A stretch of 64,000 bases of DNA from NCBI GenBank assembly GCA_949358305.1, contig OX442314.1:31248001-31312000 (forward strand). The letters are read 5' to 3'. Source of the stretch: Strigamia acuminata (Eukaryota). This document shows positions 1 through 12,474 of this stretch, piece after piece. The notes under the pieces were generated by a model. It saw nothing but the letters and a program-made list of their open reading frames with translations, was not told the DNA's origin and made no database searches. The translations under genes were made by a program, and so were the position numbers. The number at the start of each line of letters is the position of its first letter. Position 1 is the stretch's first letter.

Positions 1-106
1 AAATGACGTGGACACTAATGTGGTAATCGCTAAAATGACACAATAAAGAAATGAAAAAGTAGATCTGATAAACTTTAGTGGTGCCAGTTTTAGCGAAGCC
101 GTTTTC

Positions 107-257
107 CAACCTAACCTAACCTGACTTGACCTAACTAACCTAACCTGACCTGACCTGACCTAACTAACCTGACCTGACCTGACCTGACCTAACTAACCTA
201 ACCTAACTTAAACTAACGTAAACTAGCCTAAAATAATCTAAATTAACCTAACCTAAC
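107..257. repeat. Degenerate (CCTAA/CCTGA)n microsatellite, arthropod telomere-motif-like, among short CGCTAAAA repeats
   Basis: Runs such as aacctaacctaac and ctgacctgacctaac; cgctaaaa recurs across 1-470, suggesting a DNA-transposon subterminal region. Confidence 0.75.
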
Positions 258-905
258 GGCATCTAAGCATCTGAAAACAGGCGTCGCTACAACGGGCGTC
301 TCTACAGTGAACCAATCAGGGTCGCTATTCGCTAAAATGAGTCGATCGCTATTGTGTAGCGTCGCTAAAACGTAGCAATTCTTGCGTGAAAATTTCTCCA
401 TTGTCACTAAAACGAGATTGCTACAATGGGGATTTTATTTGGAAATTCGCTAAAACGAGCGTCGCTAATAAGGAGGAAACCGGCACAACTTTCTACTGCT
501 TGGTTATACTGGACTGGAGCTGTTTCTCTGGTAGAACTTGTACTGTATAGGCAAATGCTTACTGCATACTGAGATCTGCACACTGTGATTTCACTGCCTT
601 TTTCACAAGTGTAGGAATGTGAGTCCCCACCCTTGCTAATCCTGGCAGCATCATCACTCATGCCAATTCCTATGTACAACAGAGAGCTGATGACCTACTT
701 AGCTCCTCTTTTCCTTAATCCTTCAACTGATTGGTTCTTTGCATTCTCAGAATCAATGACTCATTACTTAGTCATCTAACATGTGTCTGAGTGTTTCAAA
801 ACGAGGTTGACCAATCAAAATGTATTGTTGATGTGTCCCACAGAGATGCATGAACAGCCAATATTTGCTTGTGACACCGCTGATGTAATTTTATTGACCC
901 CATAT

Positions 906-1142
906 TCACATCTCAGTCCACTCATTAATTTGCTGATACCCTATCTGTGTCTTAATCCGAAAATATAGACTTTCCAATAGAAATTCTGAATCATATCGCA
1001 TTCCTTTCTTCTTCCGTTCATTTTTCATGGGCATCATTTTAATAATTTGCCTCTGTGTTGATGGTAATTGTCCAATCGTTTCAGCCATGTCATGTTTTGA
1101 TTTTTCTTTGATATTTTTAATTTTTGAATTGAATGTAAACAT
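906..1142 (-). pseudogene. P-element-like (THAP9/Tnp_P) transposase fragment
   Basis: KKGMRYDSEFLLESLYFRIKTQIGY resembles the GxRY..LL..L...KSP.AY helical motif near the N-terminus of P-superfamily transposases; no catalytic part seen. Confidence 0.4.
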
Positions 1143-1295
1143 GGGTCTTCTATTAGGTAATAAAAGATGTGCATCTTATGTAAATTTTTATCTAATTGAA
1201 TATGAGAGATGATGAATAAAAGAAAAATTTTATTTTTAAATTAGTATTAATAATTTTGTGTGACATTTGAAAAACACTTAAATAAAACACTTAAA

Positions 1296-1641
1296 TTACC
1301 ACATGATTCTACAGATGGGTCATGTTTTATTTTCACATCCCCATTGCAAGAAACAGTGGTTGTGAAAGATATGTCTACAATTTAATTCACCAACTTGTTC
1401 ATTTTTCTTCATGTTAAATTGACAGACAGTAATCTTCAGTAGGCTCTACTTCTAGTAATTTTGCTTCCAATTCTTGCGGTTGATGTGGTGGTGATGGTGG
1501 TGGCTGATGGGCTGGCAGTTGATGCACTTCCTCTTCGTTTTTATCATCTAAGATGTAAATAACTACTTCAGGTTGCACAAACTGCTGCTGTTGGTTCCTC
1601 GCTGCTAATTCCATGCAGCTAGCGTCGCTAAATCCATGCAA
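1296..1641 (-). pseudogene. RING-H2 E3 ligase C-terminal fragment, copy 1
   Basis: With one frameshift: TEDYC/VCQFNMKKNEQVGELNCRHIFHNHCFLQWGCENKT*PICR, the C3H2C3 pattern with one Cys replaced by a stop; paralog at 22.2-22.5 kb. Confidence 0.8.
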
Positions 1642-1664
1642 GTTCCTTTCTTCCTTTTGATAAA

Positions 1665-2317
1665 TCAGTCGGTAGTCCTTGGTTCCCTCATCATTTGTTT
1701 CAGGTCTGCCAAATGAACTTCACGCGGCTTGCAGTTAAATTGCGACAAAAAGCTCAGTCCGTAGCTGAGATCTGGGCATGTACATGTGGCAATGTTCATC
1801 AGTTTTCCAATCATTTCCTGGTAGTGGGTTGGGTCTACTTCCTTACTGTCCTCGCAATTGTCGAATTTCTGGTTGGGATCCATTGGGGACTTCACGGCAT
1901 TGCAGTCTTGTAATCCGAATCGTTTTAATGTCTCCTCAATGTATTTTTGCTGGTGAATCATTATTCTTCCATTCCCCCATTCGACTTGAATCCCTAGGAT
2001 GTATTCCAATGGTCCAATTAGGACAAGCTTAATCTCCACTATTATCAACTCAATTATCCCTTCTTCGAATTTGTCGGATGAGGAGAGAGTTATGTCTACA
2101 TAGATTCCCATAAACATGTATTCAACTTTTTGCTTCAAAATGAATAAACATGAATCGTCGGGTGACTGTGTGAATCCAATGTTTTCCAGTACGCTTTTCA
2201 TCTTCTCGTACCAGCATTTTCCTGATTGCTTGAGACTGTAAATACTTTTGTCCAGCTTGCACACCATTTTTTTTTATATTTTTCCTCTTTGTATCCCTCC
2301 GGTTGGATCATGTATAC
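1665..2317 (-). pseudogene. Ty1/Copia reverse transcriptase, C-terminal part
   Basis: YMIQPEG...VCKLDKSIYSLKQSGKCWY...GIYVD...YQEMIGKL (RVT_2 motifs), degenerate. Confidence 0.9.
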
Positions 2318-3817
2318 TGTTGTGGTTATGGTTCACAACTCCTAATTTGGATTCTAAAGTTCATGATGCCTTCTTTCAGAAGGTTGTGGAAGAATGTGTG
2401 CACACTGTAGATTTTGGGTTGCAACTGTTTATTGACAAAAAGGGTGTTGCTAGGCAACTTTGTGCCTAGCAACCTTATACAATAGTATTGTTGTAAAGGC
2501 ATAGACACAACATGCCTTCCCCCTGTAATGAAATGATACTACAAGGGGAAGACAATGGCGGCGAATCGTGGTCCCTTGAAGAGCGGCGGCGACCTGGCTG
2601 GCTGGCACACAGACGTGGGGCGGCGAGCGAGCCACTCGGATGCAGTGACGGCGAGCGGGCCACGCGAATGCGATGGCGGCGAGCGGGCCACGCGGATGCG
2701 ATGGCGGCGAGCGGGCCATGCTAGTGTGATGACGGCGAGCGGGCCATGCTGATGAGCGAGTAAGCGAGCCAGCGCGGCACATGGCCGACGCAAGGGGAAA
2801 CCAAAGCAAAGGCGGCGAGCGTGCCACGCAGACGCGGAGGTAGCGCTGCGAGCCATGCAGATGCGAAAGTGGGGTGGCAAACGGGCCACGCAAGCGCGCG
2901 GCGGTGAGTGGCCACCAGAATGCAAGGGGGCCAACGTGGATACGGGGCGGCGATCAGCCACTAGGATGTAAGGGCGGCGAGCAGGCCAACGCGGATGCAG
3001 GGCGTCGAACACGAACCCCAAAAACGGCGAGCGGCTCACGCTTGGTTGCGATGAGCGGCCCACTTTCCCCCATCGAAATGAGAGGAAGGCGGGCACACCG
3101 GGCGAAATGGCGTGGCGGGGGCGAGCGGGCCAACTTCACATTTATGTCGCTCCACTTCCGTGGCGCACAAGCGGTCGAAGAAGCACCTGGTTGACGACCG
3201 AAGAAATGGAGCACACTAGCGGCGAGCGGCAGTTGCAGGGCTGCACGTGCACACGGATGTAATGAGTGGCCGTGGGCCTCAAAACGTCCAGACAAACGCA
3301 GCAGTGGTAAGCGCGGCGCAAAGTGAGCAGCTGACGCAGTCGTAGTGATAAGCACAGATGGATCACGAACCGGACGACGGCGAAAGAGCAGTGGCGAGAA
3401 GATCGCGATGTGCAGTAACGAGCACAGTCGTATGCAGCGAATGGTGGCTGCATTTATCCCCCACACTAGATTGATTGATGGAGTCTTTGTGAAAATCGCT
3501 CACTTTGAAGAGACGAGAGTCTTTGCCCTTGAAGACCCTGACAGTGTATGACCACTGTGGTCCAGGCCCAGTCCACGATCGAGCCGTCTTGCATAAAATA
3601 CAAGACGCCCGATCTCAACAAACCATCGTTGCATTTGTTTTGGCAACAAATGGGGCTCTGTATGGCCAAATTATCCGATGTGGAACATCAAAATTCAACC
3701 TGACAGCTCAGTAAATCACCGTTTGAGCAACGTTGAATCGCACACGATTGAGGTTCAACCAGACGTCATACCACACATTCGTAAACGTTCACTTGCACAG
3801 AATTTACAGTGACGTGT
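2318..3817 (-). mobile_element. Truncated LTR retroelement nested in the Copia RT; 195-bp 3' LTR at 2318-2512
   Basis: TGTTG...CAACA ends; minus-strand PPT agggggaaggca abuts the LTR at 2513-2524; second LTR and clean TSD not found. Confidence 0.6.
2556..3230. repeat. GC-rich imperfect tandem repeat, core GGCGGCGAGCGGGCCACGC, ~25-35 bp period
   Basis: Many degenerate copies; explains the overlapping repetitive ORFs (ARSPP, WPARR). Confidence 0.85.
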
Positions 3818-3988
3818 TTATATCCTCCTTTAATTTGGCATGCAGGTAGGCTGCCTTTACATCATGCTGGTTCACCGGTCTATTCCGCTTGGCTGCCTTG
3901 CTTAAAACATCCTCAGTGTCTCTATGCATATTAAGGGTGCAAAAGTTGCGTCATAATCAAGTCCGGGTCTTTGCGAATATCCCGCGAA
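3818..3988 (-). pseudogene. Ty1/Copia RT, N-terminal part of the same ORF, separated by an insertion
   Basis: RGYSQRPGLDYDATFAP...QHDVKAAYLHAKLKEDI continues into YMIQPEG at 2317. Confidence 0.85.
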
Positions 3989-4629
3989 TATAACAAAGAA
4001 ATATTAATTAGAAAGGCTGATATAAAATTCAAAGATTTCGAACAATTGAAAATCAACACGCGGAAGAATGTTTTTAATTACTTTTATTAATTAAATTAAT
4101 TAATTTATTATTATTTGGGGTCGTCCATAGATTAGGCCAGATTGGGGAATTTTACAAGTAGGAACCCCTCTGCCCCTCTCTTGTATCATAAATGTAATGT
4201 AAGAAGATGTAAAACGGCGCAGAGAGGTGACAGGCAAATACGTAAGCTCATCCTTCCAAATTCCAATGCCAAAAAAATATTTAAATTTACGGCAATTCAT
4301 TTTGTTTCATCGTTACATACAAGTGTTTTTTTTTTTTTTTTAGATATGCAGTTTACACGATAATATACTGGATGCTTGAAAGAACGTAAAATATTGTAAT
4401 TTCATGATGAGGTCACGAAATGTTTTACAAAAAAAATATATTTTTAATTTTCATATCGATAGCAATTTTGTCTGGTCTGATTTGGGACACTTGGGATGAG
4501 GTCTTGCTTGAGCTTAGAAAGCTTCTTGTTTGATGTAATGCAATTATGGCGCGTTGAAAAACCTTTCAAAAACTATTTAAACAGTAGTCTGCCAAATAAA
4601 AAATTCGTGATTCAGCATGCTGCCGCGTA

Positions 4630-4945
4630 CTGGGAGCAACATTCCTAAGAGCAACAGTTGAAATTAGGTCTAAAATTGGTTAAGAGCAACATTGCTCTTA
4701 GACATTATAAAAAAATGACGTGGAGCGACAGTTGCAGTTGCGTGTAATAATGACTAAGAGCAACATTGTTATTATTTGAGATTGCTCTTAGACATTATAA
4801 TACAATGACGTAGAGCAACAGTTTTATGCATGACTAAGAGCAACATTGGTATTATTTGGGATTGCTCTTAGACATTATAATAAAATGACGTGGAGCAACA
4901 GTTTTATGCATTACTAAGAGCAACATAGGTATTATGTGGGATTGT
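4630..4945. repeat. ~80-bp tandem repeat with internal inverted motif (taagagcaac...ttgctctta) and TGACGT
   Basis: 3-4 copies of tgactaagagcaacattg..attgctcttagacattataa..aatgacgt. Confidence 0.85.
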
Positions 4946-4972
4946 GAATTGTGTCACGTCGTAATTACGTGA

Positions 4973-5090
4973 CGCAACACGAGCCAATCATGTGGCGCAA
5001 CACGAGCCAATCACGTGGCGCAACACGAGCCAATGATGTGGCGCAACAGGGGTATATAAACAGGTAAAATCAGTATCCAGTTTTCAGTTG
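4973..5090 (+). promoter_or_regulatory. Pol II promoter: 3x 23-bp CCAAT-containing repeat, TATA (5053-5060), Inr TCAGTT (5084)
   Basis: cgcaacacgagccaatcatgtgg x3; tatataaa lies ~31 bp upstream of TCAGTT. Confidence 0.55.
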
Positions 5091-5984
5091 CCAGTTGATT
5101 ACCCGATTACCGATCTAGCAATGCAAGCAACGATTATTGAAGGAATATGTACGCAGAGAATGAATTATAAGTTACATTAAGTTAAGTTACAAGGATTTAC
5201 ATTATGAAAACTATCGTTCAGAACGTCTTGCAAATTATTTACTACTATCTTAAATATGTGATGATGGCAAAATTCCAAAAGACTACTAATTCTTCTGCTC
5301 GTTTCCATTTTTTCAGTTCGGGAAAAATATGGAATTTTGTCTTCTGTATGAATGCCTTTATTATTGACCTCCATGATTCTACCGAACCATCTTTTTAAGA
5401 GTATAGACGCTAATGTCTCTAGCTTTTTCTGTCTTTCTTCTAAAGTTTTACCATCTACTTCTAAATAAAATTCCTTGTTTTCAAAAAATTACAAAAATAT
5501 GAGCATGGTTGTGTAGAGCAAAAAATAGCCAACCACACAAAGGTAAAAAAAACAATTAACAATGAATAGAGTTTGACATTTTAAACTATTTTTAACAAAA
5601 AATCCAAAGATTCATTACTTGCATTTTAAGTCAGTCAGTCAGTCAGTGATGTTGAGTAACGAACAATGCTTGTGAACTGCACTGAAGCACTGTCTTAATA
5701 TACACGAAGAACAGGAAACATTTCATAAATTTGCTTTTTATATCCGAATTCTATCACCAGGAGAAGAGTCTTTTCCCGATTAGTGGCTGACCTCCAGAAC
5801 ACGGTGGTGTTCCAATAAAGTCCAAGTTGCCGTCTGTATCCTCCAAACTGCAAACTGCATTTTGAAATAGAAGTAACAGGTATTTCTCGTCAATTCTTTT
5901 CAAGAAATAGAATGTAGTTATCTCTGATGATAAAGTGATTATTGAAACCCTAGGGAAAATGGGTGATGCAGGTCAGGTTTTTGT

Positions 5985-6250
5985 AAAAGTAATTTTGAAA
6001 AAGAAAATCCCCAAATTTTTCGGTGTGCTGTTAAAATCTTTAAAGGTGTGCAATTTTGTTCCGCAATCGGAACAATCGAGCTCGGATTCAAAATACTTGC
6101 AAATGTCGCAACATAACAAACACAATCAAATTGACTTGATGTTTGTGTAAAGGAACGTGAGAATCTCCCACCATGTCGGTTGCCAACAAATCTTGCGTGG
6201 TTTCTAAATTGAAATACAGAAACTTTGGTTTCATAACCTCTTTCTTTTTG
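5985..6250 (-). pseudogene. Polinton protein-primed PolB fragment (start of the exonuclease domain)
   Basis: KFLYFNLETTQ...HQVNLIV then, after a frameshift, CDICK...CSDCG...F...GDFLF, matching the F.DFETxQ..H.xNL..CxxC..CxxCG..F..FLF pattern. Confidence 0.6.
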
Positions 6251-7579
6251 ACGGACATCCTTATGTCTTCCAAGTCTTCGTGGAATGTTGCAACCTCTTT
6301 ACAAACCGGTCAAGTTCCATCAAAGACAAATTTTTGTGCAAAATGAAAAATCCCTCTTCTTTCCAATTTGCAACTTCCTTCCAAAGAACTCCCAACTACG
6401 CCACATCCATTTTCAAAATCGTAGTGTACATGGTAAAAGAAACGTCCTGAACAATTGTCTAACTTGCACCTGTGAACAAAAAAAAACCACTTGGAAGCAA
6501 AATGTCAATATGCTCGATGCCCATCGCCGGCATTTCATCCAATGCAAACAGCATGATTGCAACATTGGTAAACCATTTTGCCCCAAAACAAAATAAACAT
6601 TAAGCAAACAAAAATAAATCCTAACAACAGTTATTCATAGTCCCCAAAAATATAAGAAATAGAAAAAGAGAGAACAACAACAGTTAGACAGTATAAATTT
6701 TTTTTTCTTTTGCCAATGACTATCGGCGTTGTCGCGTTGGGACCGGCATCACCCATGGATGGTCGGGAACATTTCCACGACTGCTTAATGCATGTCCCAC
6801 AAGTGGTGCAATTTGAGGTCTCAACATCCTGTACTGACCATCAAAACCATCCTCACGTAAGTCGTTAGATTGCCTTTGTATAAAGTGTACCGTTAATGTT
6901 AAAAAGTTTTAGAACCTCTGGAATAGACCAGACGAGTTGAATTGAAAACGGTGTCCAAATTTCATGTGAATTTACATTTGTCATATTGTAAGACAGTTTG
7001 AAGCCGGACACCACCACCACCACTTGTTAACAACAGTAGCGCACCAATAGCAATTGACAACAGTTTTTATGTCTGTCCATGACCTCTGTGCATATCGACT
7101 CCCGTTTCATGAACTCCCCAGTCGGCTCCTATTCCATTTTAAAACTTAATAGTTTTTGCAACATTAATTAGTTTGCCTAATCCCAAATCTGCCGGATAAA
7201 TTCGGGTGAAATCAAAACTAAAAAATGAAATTATTTCGTATTCGTTGTTTCAGCTAATTCCTTTCCGAATTTTCGCCGACTCAACCTGGCTGTGGATGTA
7301 ATTCATGCACTCCTTATTATTATGACTACCGTGAATATCTTTTTTCAGATGACAAGAAAACAATTTTCTCCTGAAGCATTTTTATTTCGAGTTTCATCCT
7401 TTTCGTATTTTGTTGTAGTTCTGTTATAGTTTTTTTGGGATTCGGAGCACTCGAGTTTGGACTCGGAAAACACGGACCCGGGACGCATGGGGGAACCACC
7501 GTCGCAGGTCGTATAATAAAGAATAATTTCAAATTTTTTTTGTAAAGATTTTAAAATTCAAATACAGTGGATTTTTTCA

Positions 7580-7875
7580 TTACATCTCGGCATCACAATT
7601 CTGCTCTGCTCGTCTGATTCTTCTTTGAATTTGGTTATCGGTCAGATTGCATCTGATTTTCACACAGATGTAATGGCTATTTTCATGTTCGCCACACATC
7701 AGGCAAACACATCCAATTTCTCCCGGGTGTAACTCATTGCGGATCTTTTTACACCGTTCTAAAACAGCGTTAAAAATTTGAATTATTTATCAATTCCATT
7801 TAATAAAACAAAAAAAAAATCTTTAAATCACTTACCAATTTTTTGGGCAAAAGTCAATGCCGATTCTGCGTTCAT
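7580..7875 (-). CDS. Predicted two-exon 72-aa Cys/His-containing protein (exons 7875-7836 and 7758-7580)
   Basis: G|GTAAG donor and TTTTAG acceptor; spliced frame open: MNAESALTFAQKIERCKKIRNELHPGEIGCVCLMCGEHENSHYICVKIRC...CDAEM*. Confidence 0.5.
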
Positions 7876-8777
7876 TTTTTGTGACTGTTGTGCTTGAATT
7901 TCTGAACGATATGAAACGTCCGTGGGTATGTAATCAATTTAAAATGTATTTCCTGTCGGTGCTACAATCTGACACTACAATTTATTAATAGCATACTGTT
8001 ACGTGGATCCTGGGTGCCAATCCGAGTCCCACGCAACTGTTATTTAAATGAGTGAGAGGAAAAGAATGAGGCGTTGTTTATGTTTCAAATTCAACTCTAA
8101 TCTTTATTAGACCGGACAGACAAAGTCTGTTCGACCTTCCTTAATTGTGCGCTTTACAAATCGGGTAATCAAACATTATTAACTTTGAATGAAATGACAT
8201 TTACATTATCTAAATTCACTACAATTAAATAAACACTTTAACAACTGGGTGATAAATTGTATAATTTGCAAACACAGAAGATAGCCGTCAGCCGTACCCT
8301 TTGTTTATTGGGCGACATCAGGCTAGTAAATTAAATTGATGTTTCTTGTAAAGCAACATAAGATTAAGTGAGCTGTCTTAGTGTGGGTTAGTTCATAGGA
8401 AATCTCCTATTCTACCCTTTATCGAATTGATTGGCCCAACAGACGACGATGACGGTTTCCAATCGCCCGCGCCATCTGTTACCGAAATTTAGCAACATTT
8501 AACTAATAATGAATCGAATTACGTGATACGAATCGCGCATTTATCGACACGGTTCGTACACGTGACAATACCTAATAATAATAATAATAATAACAATAAT
8601 TTAAAAAAAAAAAATAAGATGACTTGAATTTCATCTGTGTTGATTTTTTGTGCTGCTTTAATCATCGTACAGGATGCTAAAGTAAAAACAGCACCTGTTT
8701 CATCTTATACATCTACACAATGTTTGACTTCTTTTGATTGAATTGCTCATTCTCTGCCTTACTGTTCTGTGTAAAAC

Positions 8778-9320
8778 ATGAGTGAGTTTGTGCTGGAGCA
8801 ATTTTTACATGACGTGAAAAAGGCATGCTGGAACTACGCCTTGCTGGAACTACGGTAAATATATTTTATTAATTTTTTTACTTTTCTGCCTTTTATTTTT
8901 AATCTTTTTCATTATTCACGTAGACGAAATGAGGATCCTCCTATGATATCCCCACTCCCTGTTTATGACACCCCTGTCCGTCGGTATGTTAAATTTTTAA
9001 ATTGTTTTTTTTTTGTTTTAAAAAATTGATTTATTTGATTGATTATTTGATTTATTAGAGGAAACGTAGTTCTTCCGTTTCCGCCGATTGCATGTGTGCC
9101 CATCAAGTCGATTCCCCCTCCACCTGCTCCTCCTCTTCCTCCGTCCCCCTTGTCAACCGGGGAGGAAATGAAGAAAAAAGCTGATTTTTTGGAGGCAAAG
9201 GCACCCGCCGCCCGCCGTACCTGTTAAACCGAAGGTACGGGGGTGCTTTCGCGGCATGACACCGGCACCGACTGATGAAGAAGTGGAATTTGAGCGTATG
9301 GACGCACTGCGTCGAAGTTG
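8778..9320 (+). pseudogene. Spliced Pro-rich YxxP family, copy 1 (exons 8778-8854, 8924-8983, 9059-)
   Basis: MSEFVLEQFLHDVKKAC / VYDTP / LPFPP..PPPPAPP..EEVEFERMDALRRSC; frameshift in the A-run near 9175; runs into the next Polinton ORF. Confidence 0.7.
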
Positions 9321-9640
9321 TCAAAATACTGAAAGCAATCCCGCACCTCAACAAAAAAAAACTGAAAGCGTTGCTGCAACACGCCAACGACGACTTTTGC
9401 AAAACCATCTGCGAAATCTCTTACAACATTTTAAGAGATAACGTACCTTTGAATTCCGCTCAGAAGCAAAAGTTAGCGCGAAGGAAACGTTTGCTTCGTC
9501 GTCTCGCTTCAACTTCCAGCACCAAAAAATCGAGAAAAAAGCTGGTCCTGCAAACCGGAGGATTTCTACCCGAACTTCTGACACCGCTGATTGGCGCTGC
9601 TGGTGGCCTGATCGGCGATTTGATAAAGAAATATGGCTAG
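9320..9640 (+). CDS. Conserved small Polinton ORF ending in QTGGFL plus an amphipathic tail (5' end replaced)
   Basis: ICEISYNILRDNVPL...LRRLA...LQTGGFLPELLTPLIG, characteristic of the ORF found upstream of Polinton integrases. Confidence 0.75.
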   Translation, partial: VKILKAIPHLNKKKLKALLQHANDDFCKTICEISYNILRDNVPLNSAQKQKLARRKRLLRRLASTSSTKKSRKKLVLQTGGFLPELLTPLIGAAGGLIGDLIKKYG

Positions 9641-10436
9641 AAAATTATTAATGGTCCCGTAAGAAGTGATGGCCGCGCTCCAAAAACAACAACAGCCGGA
9701 CCCGCCGTCCAGGACGGAATACGATACGATAGAACCGCAATTTCAGAAACTGCGCTCGATCGAAGCCGACATCCGTGAAGTGATGGACGACCCGCAATTC
9801 AGCGAAGAAATCAAAGCAAAGTTGCTTACCCAACTGCAAGGACAATTTGCAACGTTTAAGAATCAATTTCGTGTGCAGGCGGCACCTGTCCTTCAGCAAC
9901 AGGCAGTGCAACCGACAGCAGCGGCGAGAGGTAGTCCGAACGCAAGAAAGAGTCTAAGTGAAGAAGCGGTATTGCAGGCATTACCAAAAACGACCCGGGT
10001 GAAGGGGGCGGCATTGATGGATTTGTTAAGGTAGAATCCCAGAGTGGAATGGAACGAAAAATCCGAGATGGTGATAGACAACCAGACGATCCCGGGCTCC
10101 AACATGATAGATTTGATCGGACATTCGGTTCGAGATCGAACAAAGCACGATTTCTATCCCAAAAGGATCGAACAATTTACGTCCGTACTTCGTGAACTAA
10201 ACGTTCCGCAAGAATACATTGGAAATAAGAAATATTGGAGAGAAATCCAAATGTCGTCATTCGAAAAACGACTACTACCGCGCGAGCTGCAATGTACACC
10301 CATTCCCAAGGACAGATTCGAAGAGGTAGATAAGGGAGTGTACAGTCCCATTCACAGCGAATCGGAGTTCACCACGCCGATAGGCACGAAAGACGAACCA
10401 GAATCAGGGTTCCACATGTCGTTTTCGAGAAAATAA
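9633..10436 (+). pseudogene. Conserved Polinton ORF preceding the integrase
   Basis: MARKLLMVP*...LPK..KG..L..L*...WNEKSEMVIDNQTIPGSNMIDLI...F..VL...NVP.EYIGN; two in-frame stops. Confidence 0.75.
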
Positions 10437-11516
10437 GAAAAATTTACTTTGATCCCAAAGAAGCTGCGGGGTTTGGCGGTCAGTTAAAATTATACCGCAA
10501 AGCCAGAAAACGAGGAATAAAAATCACGCGCAAGGAAATACAGCAGTGGTTGAAAGGGCAAGACACTTATACACTGCACAAACTGGTCCGATACAAATTC
10601 GACCGATCAAAACCCATGGTTGGTGGTGCGAATGTGCAATGGCAAGCAGATTTGGTTGACGTGGCGAGTTTGGCCAAACACAACGTCGGCATTCATTTTC
10701 TTTTGACTGTCGTGGACGTATTCTCACGCATGACGTACGCCGAACCATTGAAACGCAAGACGGGCAGAGAGGTGACGCAAGCGTTCAATGTCATTTTGAA
10801 AAGGGCCAAAACGCAGCCCGGTTTCCTTCAAACCGATTCGGGAAAGGAATTTCTGAATTCCGAATTTCAAAAATACTTGAAGAATCACGACATCAAGCAT
10901 TTCGTGACCCAGAACACGGAAACGAAGGCCGCGATGGTCGAAAGATGGAACAGGTCGTTGAAGGAACGTATGTGGCGTTATTTTACATTCAAAGGCACGC
11001 ATCACTATCTCGACGTTTTGCAATCGTTCGTGCGATCCTACAATCACAGCAAACACAGGATTTTGAAAATGAAACCGATTGAAGTCAACGCGAAAAACCA
11101 GACCGAGGTTTTCAAAAGACTTTACGGAAACCCTTTTGCCAAAAAGCCGCCAAGCAAAGTTTAAATTTTCCGTAGGCGATCAAGTACGAATCAGTAAATC
11201 GAAAGCCGTGTTCAGAAAAGAATACAAAGGCTCATGGACCCAAGAAATTTATTACGTAACGGCCAGGTTATGGCGCACGTCCCGACCCGTTTACAGGCTT
11301 AAAGATTACAACAACGAACATTTACTGGGAACCTCTTACCAGGAAGAATTACAACACGTAAAAAAATCGACAGACGACGTGTACGCGGTCGAAAAAATTT
11401 TAAAAACGAGAGGAAAAGGAAATAAGAAATCATACCTGGTTTGATGGCAAGGCTATGGTCCTGAGTTTGATAGTTGGGTTAAAACCCAAGACATGCAGGA
11501 TGCACCGCCATCTTAA
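10420..11516 (+). pseudogene. Polinton c-integrase with C-terminal chromodomain
   Basis: YFDP..AGFGG, QDTYTLHK, WQADLVD, QTDSGKEF, KAAMVERWNR, FSVGDQVRISK, YLV*WQGY.PEFDSW; frameshift near 11160 and stop at 11442. Confidence 0.92.
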
Positions 11517-11606
11517 ATTAAATTTGGAAGAAATAAAACACAAGAAAAAAGTAGAGCACGGTTAACATTTATTATTGTAAATTATCAAATAAAATACAAA
11601 TTGCAT

Positions 11607-12071
11607 TTATTTTTTGTCGTTAAACAATTCTTCGACTTGCTGTTTCTGATTGGTGATTTGATTCCATAAACACGGGGTGAGAGTTAAACGCTGAACTTGA
11701 ATGTCGTCCACACACCCACGCAGGAAGAATGCAACATCGCCGTCCTTTCCACAATTTGCCGGTTGAATCACGATCGTAGTTTTTTCACCGAGGGGTATTT
11801 CCTTTCCTTCCGTACATTTGTCAGTAATGATGTTGAAATAAGGTTCTTCTACGTCCAACATGATTTCCAGCGAATTCATTTCGTCCCATTCTTCGCGCGT
11901 GAACTGGAAATTTTCTGATGACGTTGCCCACTCTTGATTTTTGAACACGTATTCGCGAACGCAGATCAGGGGTTTCACGGCATTCAAAACAACGTAAATG
12001 TACGTGCTCCGCCCTGACAACTGCGTGAAACGTGAACAGTCCCACTTCGGCTCTTGAATCACATTCTCCAT
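11607..12071 (-). CDS. Hypothetical 154-aa Polinton cargo ORF
   Basis: Open ORF; TAATG stop/start overlap with the upstream BIR ORF. Confidence 0.6.
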   Translation of the reverse strand: MENVIQEPKWDCSRFTQLSGRSTYIYVVLNAVKPLICVREYVFKNQEWATSSENFQFTREEWDEMNSLEIMLDVEEPYFNIITDKCTEGKEIPLGEKTTIVIQPANCGKDGDVAFFLRGCVDDIQVQRLTLTPCLWNQITNQKQQVEELFNDKK

Positions 12072-12469
12072 TACTTAGATCCGTCGTTTTCGGAATTGAG
12101 TTCGTTAACGTCGTCTTGAAGAAATTGCTCCTCGGTTATACGCTTTTCAAACAGCGCCCTCATTAGTGGACAAGATCGGGAAAATTCCCGGTGTACCATC
12201 AGTGGCTCCTCCCCTTCTTCTTCCGCACCTTCCTTCTAGTCGCAAATTCGAGTGTTACAATAAACACATTCCACGACATCTTTAAAACCCGTATATACAA
12301 ACCCTGCACGTGCAAAACTTTCCTTCTCTGGAAACTCAATCTTCCAGTTTTCCGAATCAAAAGTTTTCACTCTGTCTTGAACTAAATTTTTCATTTTAGC
12401 ATGAGAAACGTCCATCCACAACGTACTCATGCCGGAAGCCAAATGAGTAAACAAGTTACTAGCTTTCAA
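12071..12469 (-). pseudogene. Single-BIR IAP-like cargo gene
   Basis: RVKTF..W...FARAGFVYTG..DVVECVYC...ICD*...PLMVHREFSRSCPL; conserved Trp replaced by TAG. Confidence 0.85.
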
Positions 12470-12474
12470 ATTCT

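Noticed and set aside
107..257. True telomere
   Set aside because: Short, degenerate and internal
2450..3466. Overlapping 100-185 aa ORFs
   Set aside because: By-product of a stop-poor GC repeat
3480..3800. Gypsy integrase relic (FDVPHRII)
   Set aside because: Too degenerate to call
4630..5048. CRISPR-like arrays (also 2556-3230, 39420-39640, 40520-41015)
   Set aside because: Head-to-tail repeats without unique spacers, no cas genes, eukaryotic context
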